NCBI GenBank assembly: GCA_002104905.1
Contig: MCFE01000525.1
Location: 1-61,995 of the forward strand
Source: Basidiobolus meristosporus CBS 931.73
Lineage: Eukaryota; Fungi; Basidiobolomycota
Direction: 5' to 3'
DNA length: 61,995 nt
The notes below the pieces were generated by a model, which worked only from the letters and a program-made list of their open reading frames with translations, had not been told where the DNA came from and searched no databases. This document shows positions 11,461-24,445 of the stretch, piece by piece. Numbering within the stretch: position 1 is the stretch's first letter; each line of letters starts with the position of its first letter. The translations under genes and the position numbers were made by a program.

Positions 11461-14400
11461 TGAAGATATTTGTATTCCACCTTAATACTCACCTAGCTTA
11501 GTCACTTAGATCATTGCCTTCAAATTTTAGAGAGTACTGACAAGAAATCCCTGTTGGGAAATACTTATAATATTTTCACCAAAATATTTGATACCCAAAA
11601 CATAAAATTTTTCAAAGTTGTTCAAACAGCCCCAGACTTTGCACTTATGCTCTTGGTATCTTACTGAACCTATTCTACATGTTTGTAATGCCAAGACCAT
11701 GTCAAAGTAAATTACTACTTTGACATTCAATAAATCATTCAGCTAGAACCACGTAATTTACTTGTTCTACTTATTACTTCCAGTATCTCCAAGACTCTCA
11801 TAACAGGTTATGGGTCCTAAGTAGTCAGTCTCTGCAATGCCTACTACTGCTATTACTGGAATCTTTCCCTCTGCTGAACAGTTGGATGGATCTAACTACC
11901 AAGTGTGTAAGGTGAAGATGAAGATGCTGCTACAGGAAAGAGGCCTCTGGGATATTGTCTTGGGAGAAGAATGCCCTCCTAAAAGTGTGAGAGAGGAAAC
12001 CTTAAATTACCAGAAGAATGAACAGAGTGCCTTTAACTTTGATTGCCTTAATGTTAAAAACAAATTGCTACTTCAACGCTCAAGAGCAAAAATGTCAAAG
12101 AATGCCTGGAAGGCATTAGAAGGCACCTAACAGTCATGTTCAGCTGCCAAGAAAATTTATCTTAGAGAAAAGTTCCTTCCTACAAAGATGCTGCCAGAAG
12201 TAAAAATGAAAACTCTAATTAACAGAATTACCTTGCTGGTAGATGAGATTGAATCCATATGCATACCAACTACTGATGAGGATGTGATAATAACTATCCC
12301 AAGTAGCCTGACAGACAGTTTTTAGGGCCTTATATCAGCCCTAGAGTCCAGAACTGAAGATCTGACCTTAAATTACATATAAGAAGGCTCCTGGACAAAG
12401 AATTATGAAAGTCAAGCACCAACACAAAGGAAGAAGAAAATGTTTTAAAATGCAATGATTACCAACAAAGGAGATACCTAAGACCTTGTAAAGGCAATAG
12501 AAACCTGTTTTGAAACTACTGCAAAAGGAATGGATGCACATCAGACCAGTATTTGAAAAAAAGAAATACTGTCAGCAGAAAAAGTCTGATTATGGAAATG
12601 CTCCAACAACCAAAGATAGACTACTTGTTGTATCCAAGAGAAAGTGTAATAAAACTCTTGAATGGTTTAACTGAACCAAAGGGACAATTCAGTGCAGAAT
12701 CTTAGAATTGTCAGAGAGTGGCAAAAATATTAGCAGAAAGATTCTGATCCAATATTGGTCTTGGATATAGCCTGGTTGGCTATAAAGACAATGATATTTG
12801 TTTGCTAGGCAGGCTAGGCTTGGTGTTCTTTGGAGTGCTAGATATACTAGGCTTGGATAGAAACTAAAACCAAATTGTTGGATTCTTATTTTTGCTGAGA
12901 CTGAATCTTAATTTTGTTGAGACACACACTAAACCAAAAGGTTCAGTAAACTTTATCTATACTTTTCTGATCAAGTTGAATTAGTAAGCGTCAAGGGACT
13001 GGATTGATTGAAATCAATTTGGGTGTTCATAGGTGCATAAGATAAATGAAAATTACATCACAAATCAACTGATGTCTTGGCAACTGCACAGTGGTTGGAT
13101 AGATCTCTGATGACTAATCACCTGGGAAGGCTTGGCAGATAGGTTGATAACATAATGACCATTTGAAAATAGATCAGGTGTGATAGCTAAAAATAGATTC
13201 TGAGGTGGGATAAAATAAACTGTAACTGGGATTTGTTATGTTTGGGTTAGGGAAAATCAGTTAGGGTACTAGATTTTCAAACGGAGTAAAATTGGCTAAG
13301 TTTTAAATGTTGATGCACAACACTACTCATATCAGCACTAAATATGACCACAAGCAAGGACTTTTAGATGTGGTACATTGATACTGGAGTATCTCAACAC
13401 TTAATACACCAAAAAGAGCATTTTACTCAGTACTAAGAAATTTCAATTAAGAAGGTTTTTGTCGGTGACAATAGAACACCTGATGCAGTGAGCAAAAGAG
13501 CTGTTCAAGTAAATTCTTGAAACAGTGAGGGAAGCCATACACTGACTTTTAGAGAAGTACTCAGTGTACCAGAAATAGCCAAGAACCTAGTATCTGTAAG
13601 CAAGGCAATAGCAGAAGCACCCAGTTTTGGCTTTGACAACTCTGGATGCAATGTCACAAATTAAAATGATGCTGATATTACTTTGAATATCAGAGATCTG
13701 AATCTGTATAAGCTGTCATAAATTCCATCATATCTGGAAGCCAGTAAAAGTACTTGAATGAAGAAATATTAATGCTTTGGCACAGGAGACTTGGACATGT
13801 TGATTTTGATTATTTGCACAAATAATCAAATATCAGCTAATATCCAGAGTAGAAATAGATCCTGCAGCTAATTTGAAGCACTGTGAAGCCTGTATATATG
13901 GGAAACAAGCCTGACAACTGCTTAAGAGCTTTGGGTTAGTCAAAACTAAGAGAAAACAATTGGATACTGGTGAGTCTTCAAGACAAAACACAATGCTGAT
14001 GGAACAATCAAAGATACAAAGCCAGACATGTGGCCAAAGGATACTCTCAATCAAAAGAGCTTTACTATACTGAGACCCTGCACCAGCAGCCAAGCTTATT
14101 CAATCAGATTAATATGGACTTTTGCTGCAAAATATAAGTTCTTTATACATCATATGGATGTAAAAGCTATATTCTTGAATGGGAACTTAATGAGGATGTG
14201 CATATGGACCAAACTGATGAGTTTGCTGACCAAGACAACCACCATTTGCTCTGCAAGCTTAATATGTCTCTATATGGACTCAAGCAATCACTGACAGCCT
14301 GGAATTGCAAAATAGATTATTATTTGGAATCTTTGAGTTTCAAAAGGAAGATTGCTGACAGTAGTATTTACTCCAAGCCAGATAGAGCAAATTCAGTTCT

Positions 14401-15752
14401 ATTAGGTCATTATGTTGATGATCATATTATAGCCACCCATAACCAACAAACACTGGAAGAGACTAAGTCAAGCCTATTTAAAGAGACCAAGATATCTGAT
14501 CTAGGAGAACCCAGTTACAGCTTAGGGATAAAGTTCTTCATAAACAAAAGTACCCAGACCATAACCCTAAGCTAGTCCAAGTATATTCATGATATACTAA
14601 AGTTGTACCAAATGGAAGACTGTTAATTGGCAGCTACCCTAATCAAGACAAACCTCAACTTGATCAAAACCCAACTAAGTCATGAGAGCTTTATGCCATC
14701 TGAAAGCCCTGAGCTTCCTTACCAATGTATGGCTGGTAGTTGAATGTGTTTCATACTGGGAACATGTTCAGGTATATCATATTCAGTGGGGGCTGTCAAC
14801 ATGCATAATCAGCACTATGGATCTGATCATGTTGCAGCTGTTGAGCCAATTTTTGGATACCTAAAAGGAACTGCTGATATCTGCACAAGACACACTCATA
14901 AGGACTAAGGGCAGGATCTTATGGGAAACTGTTATGCTGATTGGGGATGAAATTTGGAACATACAAGATCCACCACAGTAAACACCTTTGTTTACTTTTA
15001 AGGAGCAATTTCATGGAATTCAAGAAGGCAACCAGCTGTAGCACATGCTACCACAGAGGAAGAGTATATGGCAGCCTGTGAGGCTACAAACGCAACAATG
15101 TGGCCAAGGGAGCTTTTTAAAGATTTAGGCTTAAGTGAAACAGTGCCTATTACTTTATTTCAAGATAATCAAGGATATATACAATTAGGTAGAAATCTAA
15201 CTTTTCAAGCTAGAACTAAGCATAAAGATATTAGACATTGCTTCATACATAAAGCTACTGAGAATAACTTGGTTAACTTAGCATACTGTCCTACAGATCA
15301 AACAATTGCAGGCATATTCACCAAACCATTAGCTAGTAACATGTCTAAATATCTTAGGTCAAAACTGGGACTAGTCAGTATGAGCATTTAGTTAAGTGGG
15401 AGTGTTGTAAGAGCTTGTAATTCCACCTAAATATTCTCCTAACTTAGTCACTTAGATCACTACCTTCAAGTCCTAGAGATTCCCAATCTAATTCCTTGTC
15501 AGGATTTACTTAGAATATTTTCACCAAAATATTAGGTACCAAGAAAATCAAAATTCTCAAAGCTGTCCAAAAGCCACAAGCTTTGCACACATGTTCTTGC
15601 GGCCTTCCTTAATCTATTCTATGTGCTTGTGATACCGAAGGCCATATAAAAGTATAAATATTACTTTTACATTTAATAAATCATTAACTGACAATACAAG
15701 ATCTGTATGCTCTCCCAATCACTTTGCAGATCATCCAAGACAATCTGTAATA
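11461..15752 (+). mobile_element. Ty1/copia element with family-A LTRs, internally deleted and degenerate
   Basis: 5' LTR ~11461-11805 followed by GGTTATGGGTCC. gag from 11837 (LDGSNYQVCKVKMKMLLQERGLWDIV), protease WYIDTG at ~13370, GAG-pre-integrase LWHRRLGH at ~13780, RT/RNase H ~14050-15391, PPT TTAAGTGGGAG, 3' LTR 15403-~15752. Most of the integrase core is missing. Confidence 0.88.
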
Positions 15753-16289
15753 CTAGTGCAGCTATTTGAGTTGTGTTGCACTTACCCAGTTGGTTGTGTG
15801 CTGGCTACAATACCTAGTCCAATCGCTAAAATCAGGGATTTACTTGCTCAATAGGCAAAATGGCATATATGATGACAAATCAGGTGGCTTGTGAATTGGT
15901 CAATGAGCCAATTGGGGGCTCACAGCTTCACAATACTTTTAGGTCAATTAATTGCTGACATGCTGTCTGGTTAGAGCAATGGTAACTAATCTGGTAAGTA
16001 TTAGTGAAGTTTACAGTGTAATATGCATTTATTCCCATTCATATTCAAGAAATATATCTAAATACCAGATATATCTACCATAATGATGATATCTCATTGC
16101 GCATGTGACTAAAGCATTTGAAAGTGACACAATCATCCAGGCAAATCCCATTGTGTCAGATTAGGCTATAGTGTGCAAGAATGTTCCACAAGTGGTGAAA
16201 TTGTCCAAGAGGAATTCTGTCTTCTGGTAGCTAAAGCATTGCACCAGATTGTTCTTAATGACTGAAGATTGTGCTGCATGCCCTGGCAC

Positions 16290-18420
16290 GGTACAATGTA
16301 ACCAGTCTGTTATGTACTAATCCTCAGATTGTTAAATAATGCTCCAGAATGCTAGTAGACTCTCCTTACTTGGTGTTACTGCTGTATTGCTTCTGAAAAG
16401 TATGAATACTGAGCTTCTTAATGAATAAACAGCAGCTCATCTATCAGCACTATTTCTGGATAGGATCCTCATATCCAAATCACTACTTAAGTTGCAACAG
16501 GTTATGAGCGCCAGTTGACAAATTCATTCCAAATACAACATCTACTAGTATACAGAACAGTACAAACATCTTCTCTGTAAAGGAGAGGTCTGATGGGACA
16601 ACTACAGACTTGGGGAATCAAGATGCAGATCCTTCTTGAGGAAAGAAAGCTTTAGAGTACAGTAACAGGATTGAAAGTTGTGCCTAAAAGAACAGCATAT
16701 AAAGTTGAAAGGTTCAAGGGAAGAAGAGAAAAGTGTTTAATGCTATAAGTATTAATATGCCAGACCACTTCATTGGACAAACTCATGCTTCCAATTCTGC
16801 CAAAGCAGCTTGGAAATCCTTAGAGAAGATTTATAGAGCAGAGTCAGTATCAAACCAGCTTTATTTAAAAAGAAAGTTCTTCACTATAAGGAAGAAGCTG
16901 GAGGATGGCATACTACAGCTTGTACCAGAATGGAAACACTTGCAGAGGAGCTATACAGTACACAAACTGGGTGTGAATTGAAGGTGCTTCATAGTGACAA
17001 TGAAGGGAAATGCTGCTCTAAGAAGCTTGCAATGTGCTGTTGTACTACTGGCATACTTCAACATACCACTGTTCCACCTACTCCACAGCAAAATGGACTA
17101 AATTCAGAAGCTGATCAACAGCAGGGACATTGTATTTGAAAAGAATTCAGATGAGAAAGCCACCAGTATCATTGGTCAGCTACCTGATGATGCAATTACC
17201 ATTAATGAAGAAGAAAGGCACCCAATGCAGTCATTTACAGAAGAGAACTCTTCCAGTCCCAGATCAGAATGGACTGAATCAGTTAGTAGATCTACTTGAA
17301 TAAGCAATGCCCCTGGATCTTAGAGGCAGACATCTCATGAGCCTGAAGAAGCTTATCTTGCCATATGTGCTAAACCTCAGAATATGGAACAAGCAATGAA
17401 AAGTCCAGATGCTACAATGTTGCAACAAGCTGTGCAGGTGGAGTACATTCACTGATCAAAGTAAAACATGGGAACTTGTAGACTTGCTAAATGAAAGAAA
17501 GCTAGTAGGATGTAGATGAGTCTATAAGATCAAGATAAAATTTAGTGGCACTATTGATGAGTACAAAGTTAGATTGGTCGCAAATGGCTATTCACAGATC
17601 TAAGGACTAGACTTTAAGGAACCAATTGATACAGCAGCCAAATTCAGCTCTATTAGGACAGTTCTTGCCTTGGCAGCTGTACACAGTTTAAATTTATGCT
17701 AAATAGAAATCAAAACAGGATTTCTATATGGGGATCTGCAACAAACTACATAGATGGAGTTACCAGAAGGTTTTACTGACCCAAAAAGCCCCTAGAAGAT
17801 GTGCAGACTTTGAAAATTGTTGTATGGGCCTAAGCAGGTACTTGGAGTATGGTAGAACAAGATTAACACATATCTAATTGAGATTGGGTTCCATTGTAGC
17901 ACTGCATATTTCAGTATATGAGTGATGCAGCTTGAAAGGGAATTTTATACTAGTACTGTATGTGGACAACCTAATAATAGCTACAAGTGACCAGGAGGCA
18001 CTTAAACTAACTAAATCTGATTTCCTCGGCAAGTTTGAGATGAAGCATCTTAGAAAATTGCGCTATATTCTTGGATTAAAGTCAAATTTGACGTACCTGC
18101 ATTGAAATTTGGGCTGAACTTGTAAACTCTATCAGGGACATTCTCTGATGCCTCAAAATTGAAAAGTTTCAAGCCTGCAGCAACCTCCATGGACAACAAC
18201 CTGAGATTGAGCAAATTGCAGCCAGTTTTGGGTGAAAGCAGCTCAAATATGGGCCAAAACTTGCACTATCAAACAATGGTTTATAGGCTAATGTACTTGA
18301 AGGTATTGACATATCCAGACAATGCAGTGGCAACTAGGATAGCTAGTTAGCTCATGCAGAATTATGAATCTGATCATATTATAGCAGTTAAGCAGATTTT
18401 CAAATATCCGCAAGATACTA
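16290..18420 (+). mobile_element. Ty1/copia remnant (partial LTR, PBS, gag, integrase fragment, RT)
   Basis: A family-B-like LTR half ends ...CAACA at 16499, followed by GGTTATGAGCGCC. Then gag (DGTNY..WGIKMQILLEE), integrase fragment (VLHSDNEG...TPQQNG) and RT fragments. Confidence 0.8.
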
Positions 18421-19089
18421 AATTTAGTTATTTGCCCTAAAGTAAGACCTATACAAAGCACTTATAGTGCCAGATAGTGCTCCTATTATCTGAGCAGAAG
18501 AGCAAGAGTGGTACAGCTGAAGCCATTGGTAGTCTCAAGAGCCTGTCACAAGCAAGGCTGAGAGCCTGGAGTGGCAATAAGAGTGCATGTAAGGGACAAG
18601 CAGGCTGATACTGATGCTCAAGTTCAGTTGTTATCAAAGAAATAAGTAGTACAATAAAATAAGTAAAAAGTTGGTGTAGCAGCAATTGTTCTGCTAGTGG
18701 TAAAGAAAAAGGGAAAGAAAGAGTTGTTTAGCCAAGCCAGAGACAGCAAAGCAGGAGGAAAAGTTGCTGTTCTCAATTTAGAACAGTCTGAGTTTCAAAG
18801 TTATAAAGAAGAATTACCAACAAATTGATAATGGCCTACATAAGAGCTTAAAGTGCAGCTGCTTAGCTATTCTCCAGTGGGGCAAATGAAACCACAGGGA
18901 CAGGCATTTCATCCACCTCCTTGTTGTAGACTGAGTGAAGAATTGACTTTCAAGTAAAGGAGCAATATTGAGAAATCAGCAGATTACCACAATACCCACA
19001 GTATGGTTCTCAAGCAGAAATTACAATTAAGAGAGATTTTAGATGATATCCCTTGTCAAGGAGTATCTCCAATACTGTGATATATTTAA

Positions 19090-19445
19090 CCATGCAAAGC
19101 CTGCCAGACACCAGCCATGTGAACTACTCCAACCCTTGCCAATCCCTGGCCAGCAATGGAAGTCAATTATAATGGACTTAGTTACCAACCACCCAGAATT
19201 CAAACAAGAAAGAGGCCTTTAGAACATTGCCATGGGAGAAGAATGCCCTTGCAAAGATTTGGGAGAGGAAGCCTTAAAGTGCCAGAAGAAAGAACAAAGT
19301 GCTTTTAACTGTATTTGCCTTGATGTTAAAGACAAATTGCTAACTCAATGCTCAAAAGCAAAAACAGCAAAGAATGCCTGGAAGGCATTAGAAGACACCT
19401 ACTAGTCATTCTCAGCTGCTAAGAAAATGTGTCTTAGACAAGAAT
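19090..19445 (+). mobile_element. Fused scraps: Ty3 integrase fragment plus copia gag fragment
   Basis: 19090-19200 reads RHQPCELLQPLPIPGQQWKSIIMD. 19220-19445 is paralogous to copia gag at 11930-12180. Confidence 0.65.
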
Positions 19446-19849
19446 TCTTTTTGACCTTTTTTTGGGATCAATGTTGCACATCATGTATAGAAGCACAGAA
19501 GGACTGAAGTCATAAACTTAGTACTCAATACTTGTGGTACTCTGAATATAGCATTAGAGATTTCTAACAGGTCACAAAAATGCATGGCCCTATCTTGGTA
19601 TGCTGGTACTTGCTGGCACAATAGGTGCTTTGTATGGGTTTTACTTTAGGGCAAATATTTAAATATAGTGCCAGCAGACCAAGATAAGGCCATACATTTT
19701 TGTAAAATGTGACAAATCTTTGCTGTTAGATTCAGTGTGCCACAGGTAGTGGGTACTAAATTCATGTCTTTGATCTCTCTGTGCACTTACACAAGGTCCT
19801 AAACATTTGTCCTAAAAAATGGGTTAAAATGAATTCTCCACAGAACAGT

Positions 19850-20000
19850 GGGTGAAAATGGGTATTACCTGGCATAAGGGTGTAGAACTATGATTTGCCT
19901 TGTGTGACAATGTAGAGATCTGCTCTGCATCTCTGGCACACTGTGGCACTATCTGGTACTCCTAGCTCAATGTAGCACTTTCCAACAGTACAAGTATGTA
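19850..20000. repeat. Unclassified dispersed repeat (copy 1)
   Basis: Aligns by eye with 59160-59290 (TACCTGG..CAT...GTGTAGAACTATG...TCTGCT...CTCTGGC.CACT.TGGCACTA...CTCAATGT.GC.CT.TCC). Confidence 0.6.
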
Positions 20001-21444
20001 AAGCACTGCACCCAGTATCAATCCAGCACAGAGATTTCTGATATATTCCATGGCAAGCATTGCAAGCAACTGAGAAGCAAGGGCTACCTTGAAGGCTTAT
20101 ATAATTATGCTTTAGCCTTGGCTCTTGATGAATTCTCATCAAACAAGTACTCCAATAGCAAATCCAGCTGGCCACTAGTTCTCATTAACCTGAAGCTGCA
20201 GCATACTCTATGGAATCAGCAAAAAGCCTGATGGTAGTCTCAAGGATATCTGGGCCTAGTACTCTGCCCAACCTGGATAGGTATCTGTATCTATTGCTGG
20301 ATGAGTTTGTATTCTATCCATAGGGATGCTGGTAAACAACTTTCATGTCAAAGCACATAATGTTATCTGCATTGGTGAAGCCCCAGCCACCAGAAAATTC
20401 ACTGGCATATCTGGACACAATGGAGAGTATGGCTATTGAAGGTGTGAGATTTGAGTACCTACTCACAATGCACATACACTTATATTACCCCAATACCAAT
20501 GGTATGAATACCTTCATTTCACATTGAGAACATACTGAAGTCAGCATGCAATTGCAGCAAAGCTGACAAGCTAAAAGCCATTGGCAGAGTGTAGAATTAA
20601 TCATAGACCAAAGATACTTGGTATTAGGGAAATCTGCTTTAGCAGGAGCTTTACACTGGGAGTAATGTACTTGCTACTCATCAGTATCCCAATACTAAAG
20701 CTCATGTTGCACATGGTAGATTTCATGCCAAATGAGCCCTTTGAGATACTGGAGAAATTTGGCAAAACTTGGCTAATTTTACTGAGAATTTGCTACCAAA
20801 TATAATATACCATCATGTTCTCCACCATATAAGGCAGCTGCATGTACTGGCTGGCTAGGTATACTTAAATATGCATAGAAAGCATTTGGACCACATCAAT
20901 GGCATGCAAAATCCATAATAAAGTTGTCACAGCACCATCAGGTTTACTGTTGTAGTTGGCATTATAGGCAGTACAACACTGTCACTATCCCACCATGGCA
21001 TTCTAAAGTAGGTCAAGAGTTAAGCTGCTGCCACTACAATGGCCTCAACATGGGATCCCAGTGGCCAATCTGTATTGGATTCACCTGCAGTACCAAGTTT
21101 TTTTCATGTGGTATGAATACAGGGGGAATCAGTTGCTACTGCTGCTTATTGCATAAATAGTAGTTATAGCCAAATAACTTATTATTCTAAACTATTTAAG
21201 GCACAGTACTTATATAAGCCACTTGCAGAGCCCCTGAGTGTTTCTGGTAGAGAATTTTATGTCAAACACTAACCAGAAGTCAGTCAAATATAAGCTAAAA
21301 AGTATGAAGTCCACTTTTTTTGAGTGGCTCCAACAAGAGTAAAGCATACACCCACAACAATGCCAAACCAAAGAAGCTTATTAAGCTGTGGGATTTTGTC
21401 TTTGCCTTACACTCAGAATCTCACAAAAAGGTCATGGTTGATGA

Positions 21445-21794
21445 TGTTGTAAAAATTTGTATTTCCACCTAATTATTCACCTAACTTAGTCACTTAGATC
21501 AGTACCTTCATATCCTAGAGTATACTGACCAAATTCCTTGTTGGGATTTACTTAGTATATTTTTCACCAAAATACCAGGTACCCAGAACATCAAAATTCT
21601 CAAAGTTGTCCAAACAGCCCCAAACTTTGCACACATGCTCTTGGGACCTTCCTTAACCTATTCTACGTGTTTGCTATGCCAAGACCAGGTAAAAGTATAA
21701 ATACTACTTTTACATTCAATAAATCATTAAGTGAAAACCACATAATCTACTTGTTCTCCAAATCACTTCCAATATCTCCAAGACTCTTACAACA
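21445..21794 (+). repeat. Solo LTR, family A
   Basis: TGTTGTAA...TACAACA, homologous to 11461-11805 and 15403-15752. Flanked by GATGA / TATGA (5-bp TSD, one mismatch). No PBS or PPT. Confidence 0.85.
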
Positions 21795-21989
21795 TATGAC
21801 AATGATCCCATCTCAAGTCCACCATGCCACCAGGGCTGGTTCACAGCAAAACTAGGAGGAATTATCACTCCAGCTGGCTTTGCTACTGCTGCTCAGCCTG
21901 AATGAGTACCCAGGAATATTGCAGAGGTGCTTATAGCAGTATCACAGGGTAGAAAACTCAACTGGATTCAAAGTAGCCCAAACTACCGC

Positions 21990-22468
21990 AAGAGTTTTGG
22001 AGAAATTGGAAGTGGTTGGGAAAACAGGTTGATTGTGTAGTTTCACTTGTTGATTTGTTGAATGTATAAGTGGTATTTATTCTCTGCATGGTCTTGACAG
22101 AACAAACTTGCCAAGTACTTTTAAAAAGGTCCCAAGAACATGTGCGCAAAGTTTGGGACTATTCAGAAAACTTAACAAAATCTCATGCACTGGGTACCAG
22201 ATGTTTGAGTGGAAATATGGCAGGTAAATGACAGTAAGGAGTTTAGTCAGAGTTCTCAAGTGACTTGAAGGTAAGGACCCAAGTGACTAAGTGATGATAT
22301 TTTTCACCAAAACATTGTTGGGAAAAATTTGGAATTGCATATAAATGTTCACCCCAGTAGATTGCAATCAGGAATTAAGTCAGAATTCACAAAGATTTGT
22401 GGGTAATGATCTAAATGACTAGGCTGAGTGAATATTTAGGTGCAATTACAAGCTCTGTCTATACAAAT
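21990..22468 (-). repeat. Fragmented family-A LTR copy or copies in inverted orientation
   Basis: 21993-22292 and ~22400-22468 match the reverse complement of the family-A LTR. Confidence 0.7.
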
Positions 22469-22514
22469 CAATGTACTAATAAGGGTTCCAACTTAGCCTA
22501 TTCCCAATCAAACC

Positions 22515-23658
22515 ATATGGATGAACCTCAGTCAGTAAGGAGCCCCTAAATAGTACTCAGACAAAGTGTTGTAGATCTGCAATGACCAAGGAATATCAGG
22601 CACTGATGGGCAATCATACTTGGGACTTGGTCAAGCCAACATTTAATTGCGGATCAATAGGATGCAGTTGCACCTTCAAGAAAAATGAAATAACTGAAAG
22701 ATATAAGACAAGACTTATGGCCAAAGGAGTCACCCAAACAAAAGGACTGCACTACACTTGAATACTTGCACTGGTAGCAGAGCCTCCCTCCATCAAATTA
22801 ACAATAGCTATACAGCCAGACACAGATTTTTCACTCATCAAGTGGATGCAAAAGCTGCAATTCTAAATGGGGAGCTTGGTGAGGACATGCATTGGGACCA
22901 GCCTTTTGTGTTTTGTGATCAAGATGATCCTTGGTTGGTTTGCAAGTGCGTAAAATCTGTAAATAATCATGAGCAGTCACCAGGAGCTTAGAATTGCAAA
23001 GCAGATGCATAGTTTGCATCCCTGGATTTCAAAAGAAATCTGGCTGACTTTAGTATCTACTGCAAGCCAGAGAAGGCAGAAAGTGTCCAATGTAGGAAAG
23101 CTCAGCTACCACTCAGGGATGCGGTTCTCCATATATAGAAGTACCCAGACTACCACCCTAAGCCAGTCCAAGCATATTCAGGATATACTTAAGAAGTACC
23201 AAATGGAAGACTGTGAACTAACAGCTACCCTTAATAAACTTGACTGAATCAAGAGAGCTTGGTGCCATCTGAATGCCAAGACTTCCCTTACCAGTCTATG
23301 GTCAGCGGTTGGATGTGCAGCATGTTAAGAACATGACCAGATATGACATATTCAGGGAAGTTTCAGCCAGCATAACCAGAGCTATGGATTTGATCACATA
23401 GCAGCAGTTGAGCGGATATTTAGATACTCAAAAGGAACTGCTGATATCTGCTCGAGATACACTTATAAGGAATCATAGCAGGATCTTTTGGGGCACTCCG
23501 CTGCAGGTTGGGCACAGGATTTAGAAGACAGAAGATCCACAACAGGATACACCCTGGTTTACTGTAAATGAGCAATCCTGTGGAATTCAAGAATGCAACC
23601 AACCATGACACTTACCACCACAGAGGCCGAGTATATGGCAGCTTGTGAGACCATGACG
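22515..23658 (+). mobile_element. Ty1/copia RT-RNase H remnant truncated inside RNase H
   Basis: EY.AL..NHTWDLV, HQVDAKAAILNGEL and TTTEAEYMAACE. Paralogous to 14050-15090. Stops abruptly at ~23658. Confidence 0.82.
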
Positions 23659-24416
23659 CTTGGAGAATAGGAAGGTTTGGGTGGATGGGATGGCCACTGG
23701 GCTATCACTGCTATCACTTCGAAGCAAATGGTTGATTGCAGTGCTGGATGGTGCTGGACATCGGGATAGGGAGCATTGAGGTGGGGACTGGCATGGAATG
23801 GAAAGGGATGACCATATCTGTTGGATGTCCTTGGAAATGGCCGACTTGTCTGTAAGGTACCAAACCAGGTAAGAACCCTTCCCCCCCCCCGGAGCCATAT
23901 GGGATGCGTCTGGGGTGATGGTTTGCAGAGTCTGTTACCACCTCGACTCAGCCCAACGAAGGGTAATGCAAGGTTGGCCCAACCCTTGGATCATCCCGGG
24001 CCACCACAAGGATGCCACCCACCTACGGCCTACGTCCCGGGTGAAGAGATCCTTGGTTGAGAATTGACGGAACGTCTTGCTCTGCCCGTCGCTTGGGAGG
24101 ATCTCGACGATAAGGTCCCGGAATCAAACCCGCGGAGAGGGTCATGGTTCGGGAGTGCCCCCGAGGCTGATTGCCCCAGTGGGATAGCCCCGTCTGGGAT
24201 ACCGGACCAGAGCCAGCTCCACCCGCAACTGGATGTGGGATGTTGGAGGGAGAGAGGTGGGAAGACGTGGAAGGAGACAGGTCACCGGAGTGATGAGGGG
24301 CAGGATGAGTTTATTCGAATCGGGTCAATAGGGATACAGGGGAATAAAATAAGCGGGGAGATGGTTCGAGATGGTCGGGTCTAATTGGGAAGGGGTGCGG
24401 GATGTACAGGTGTAGA

Positions 24417-24445
24417 TGTATTTGTATTTGTATTTGTATTTGTAT
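24417..24445. repeat. (TGTATT)n microsatellite in the GLT1 3' region
   Basis: Four full units plus a partial unit, ~50 bp past the GLT1 stop. Confidence 0.9.

Noticed and set aside
13244-13268. TTAGGG hexamers as a telomere
   Set aside because: Only two non-adjacent copies inside a TE.
18422-19665. Inverted ~57-bp repeats as TIRs of a DNA transposon
   Set aside because: No TSD or transposase seen, and the right copy is embedded in longer repeat sequence.
24064-24384. 106-aa ORF with GIQGNK resembling a LINE RNase H motif
   Set aside because: No other RNase H or RT residues, and the start is TTG. Too weak to call.
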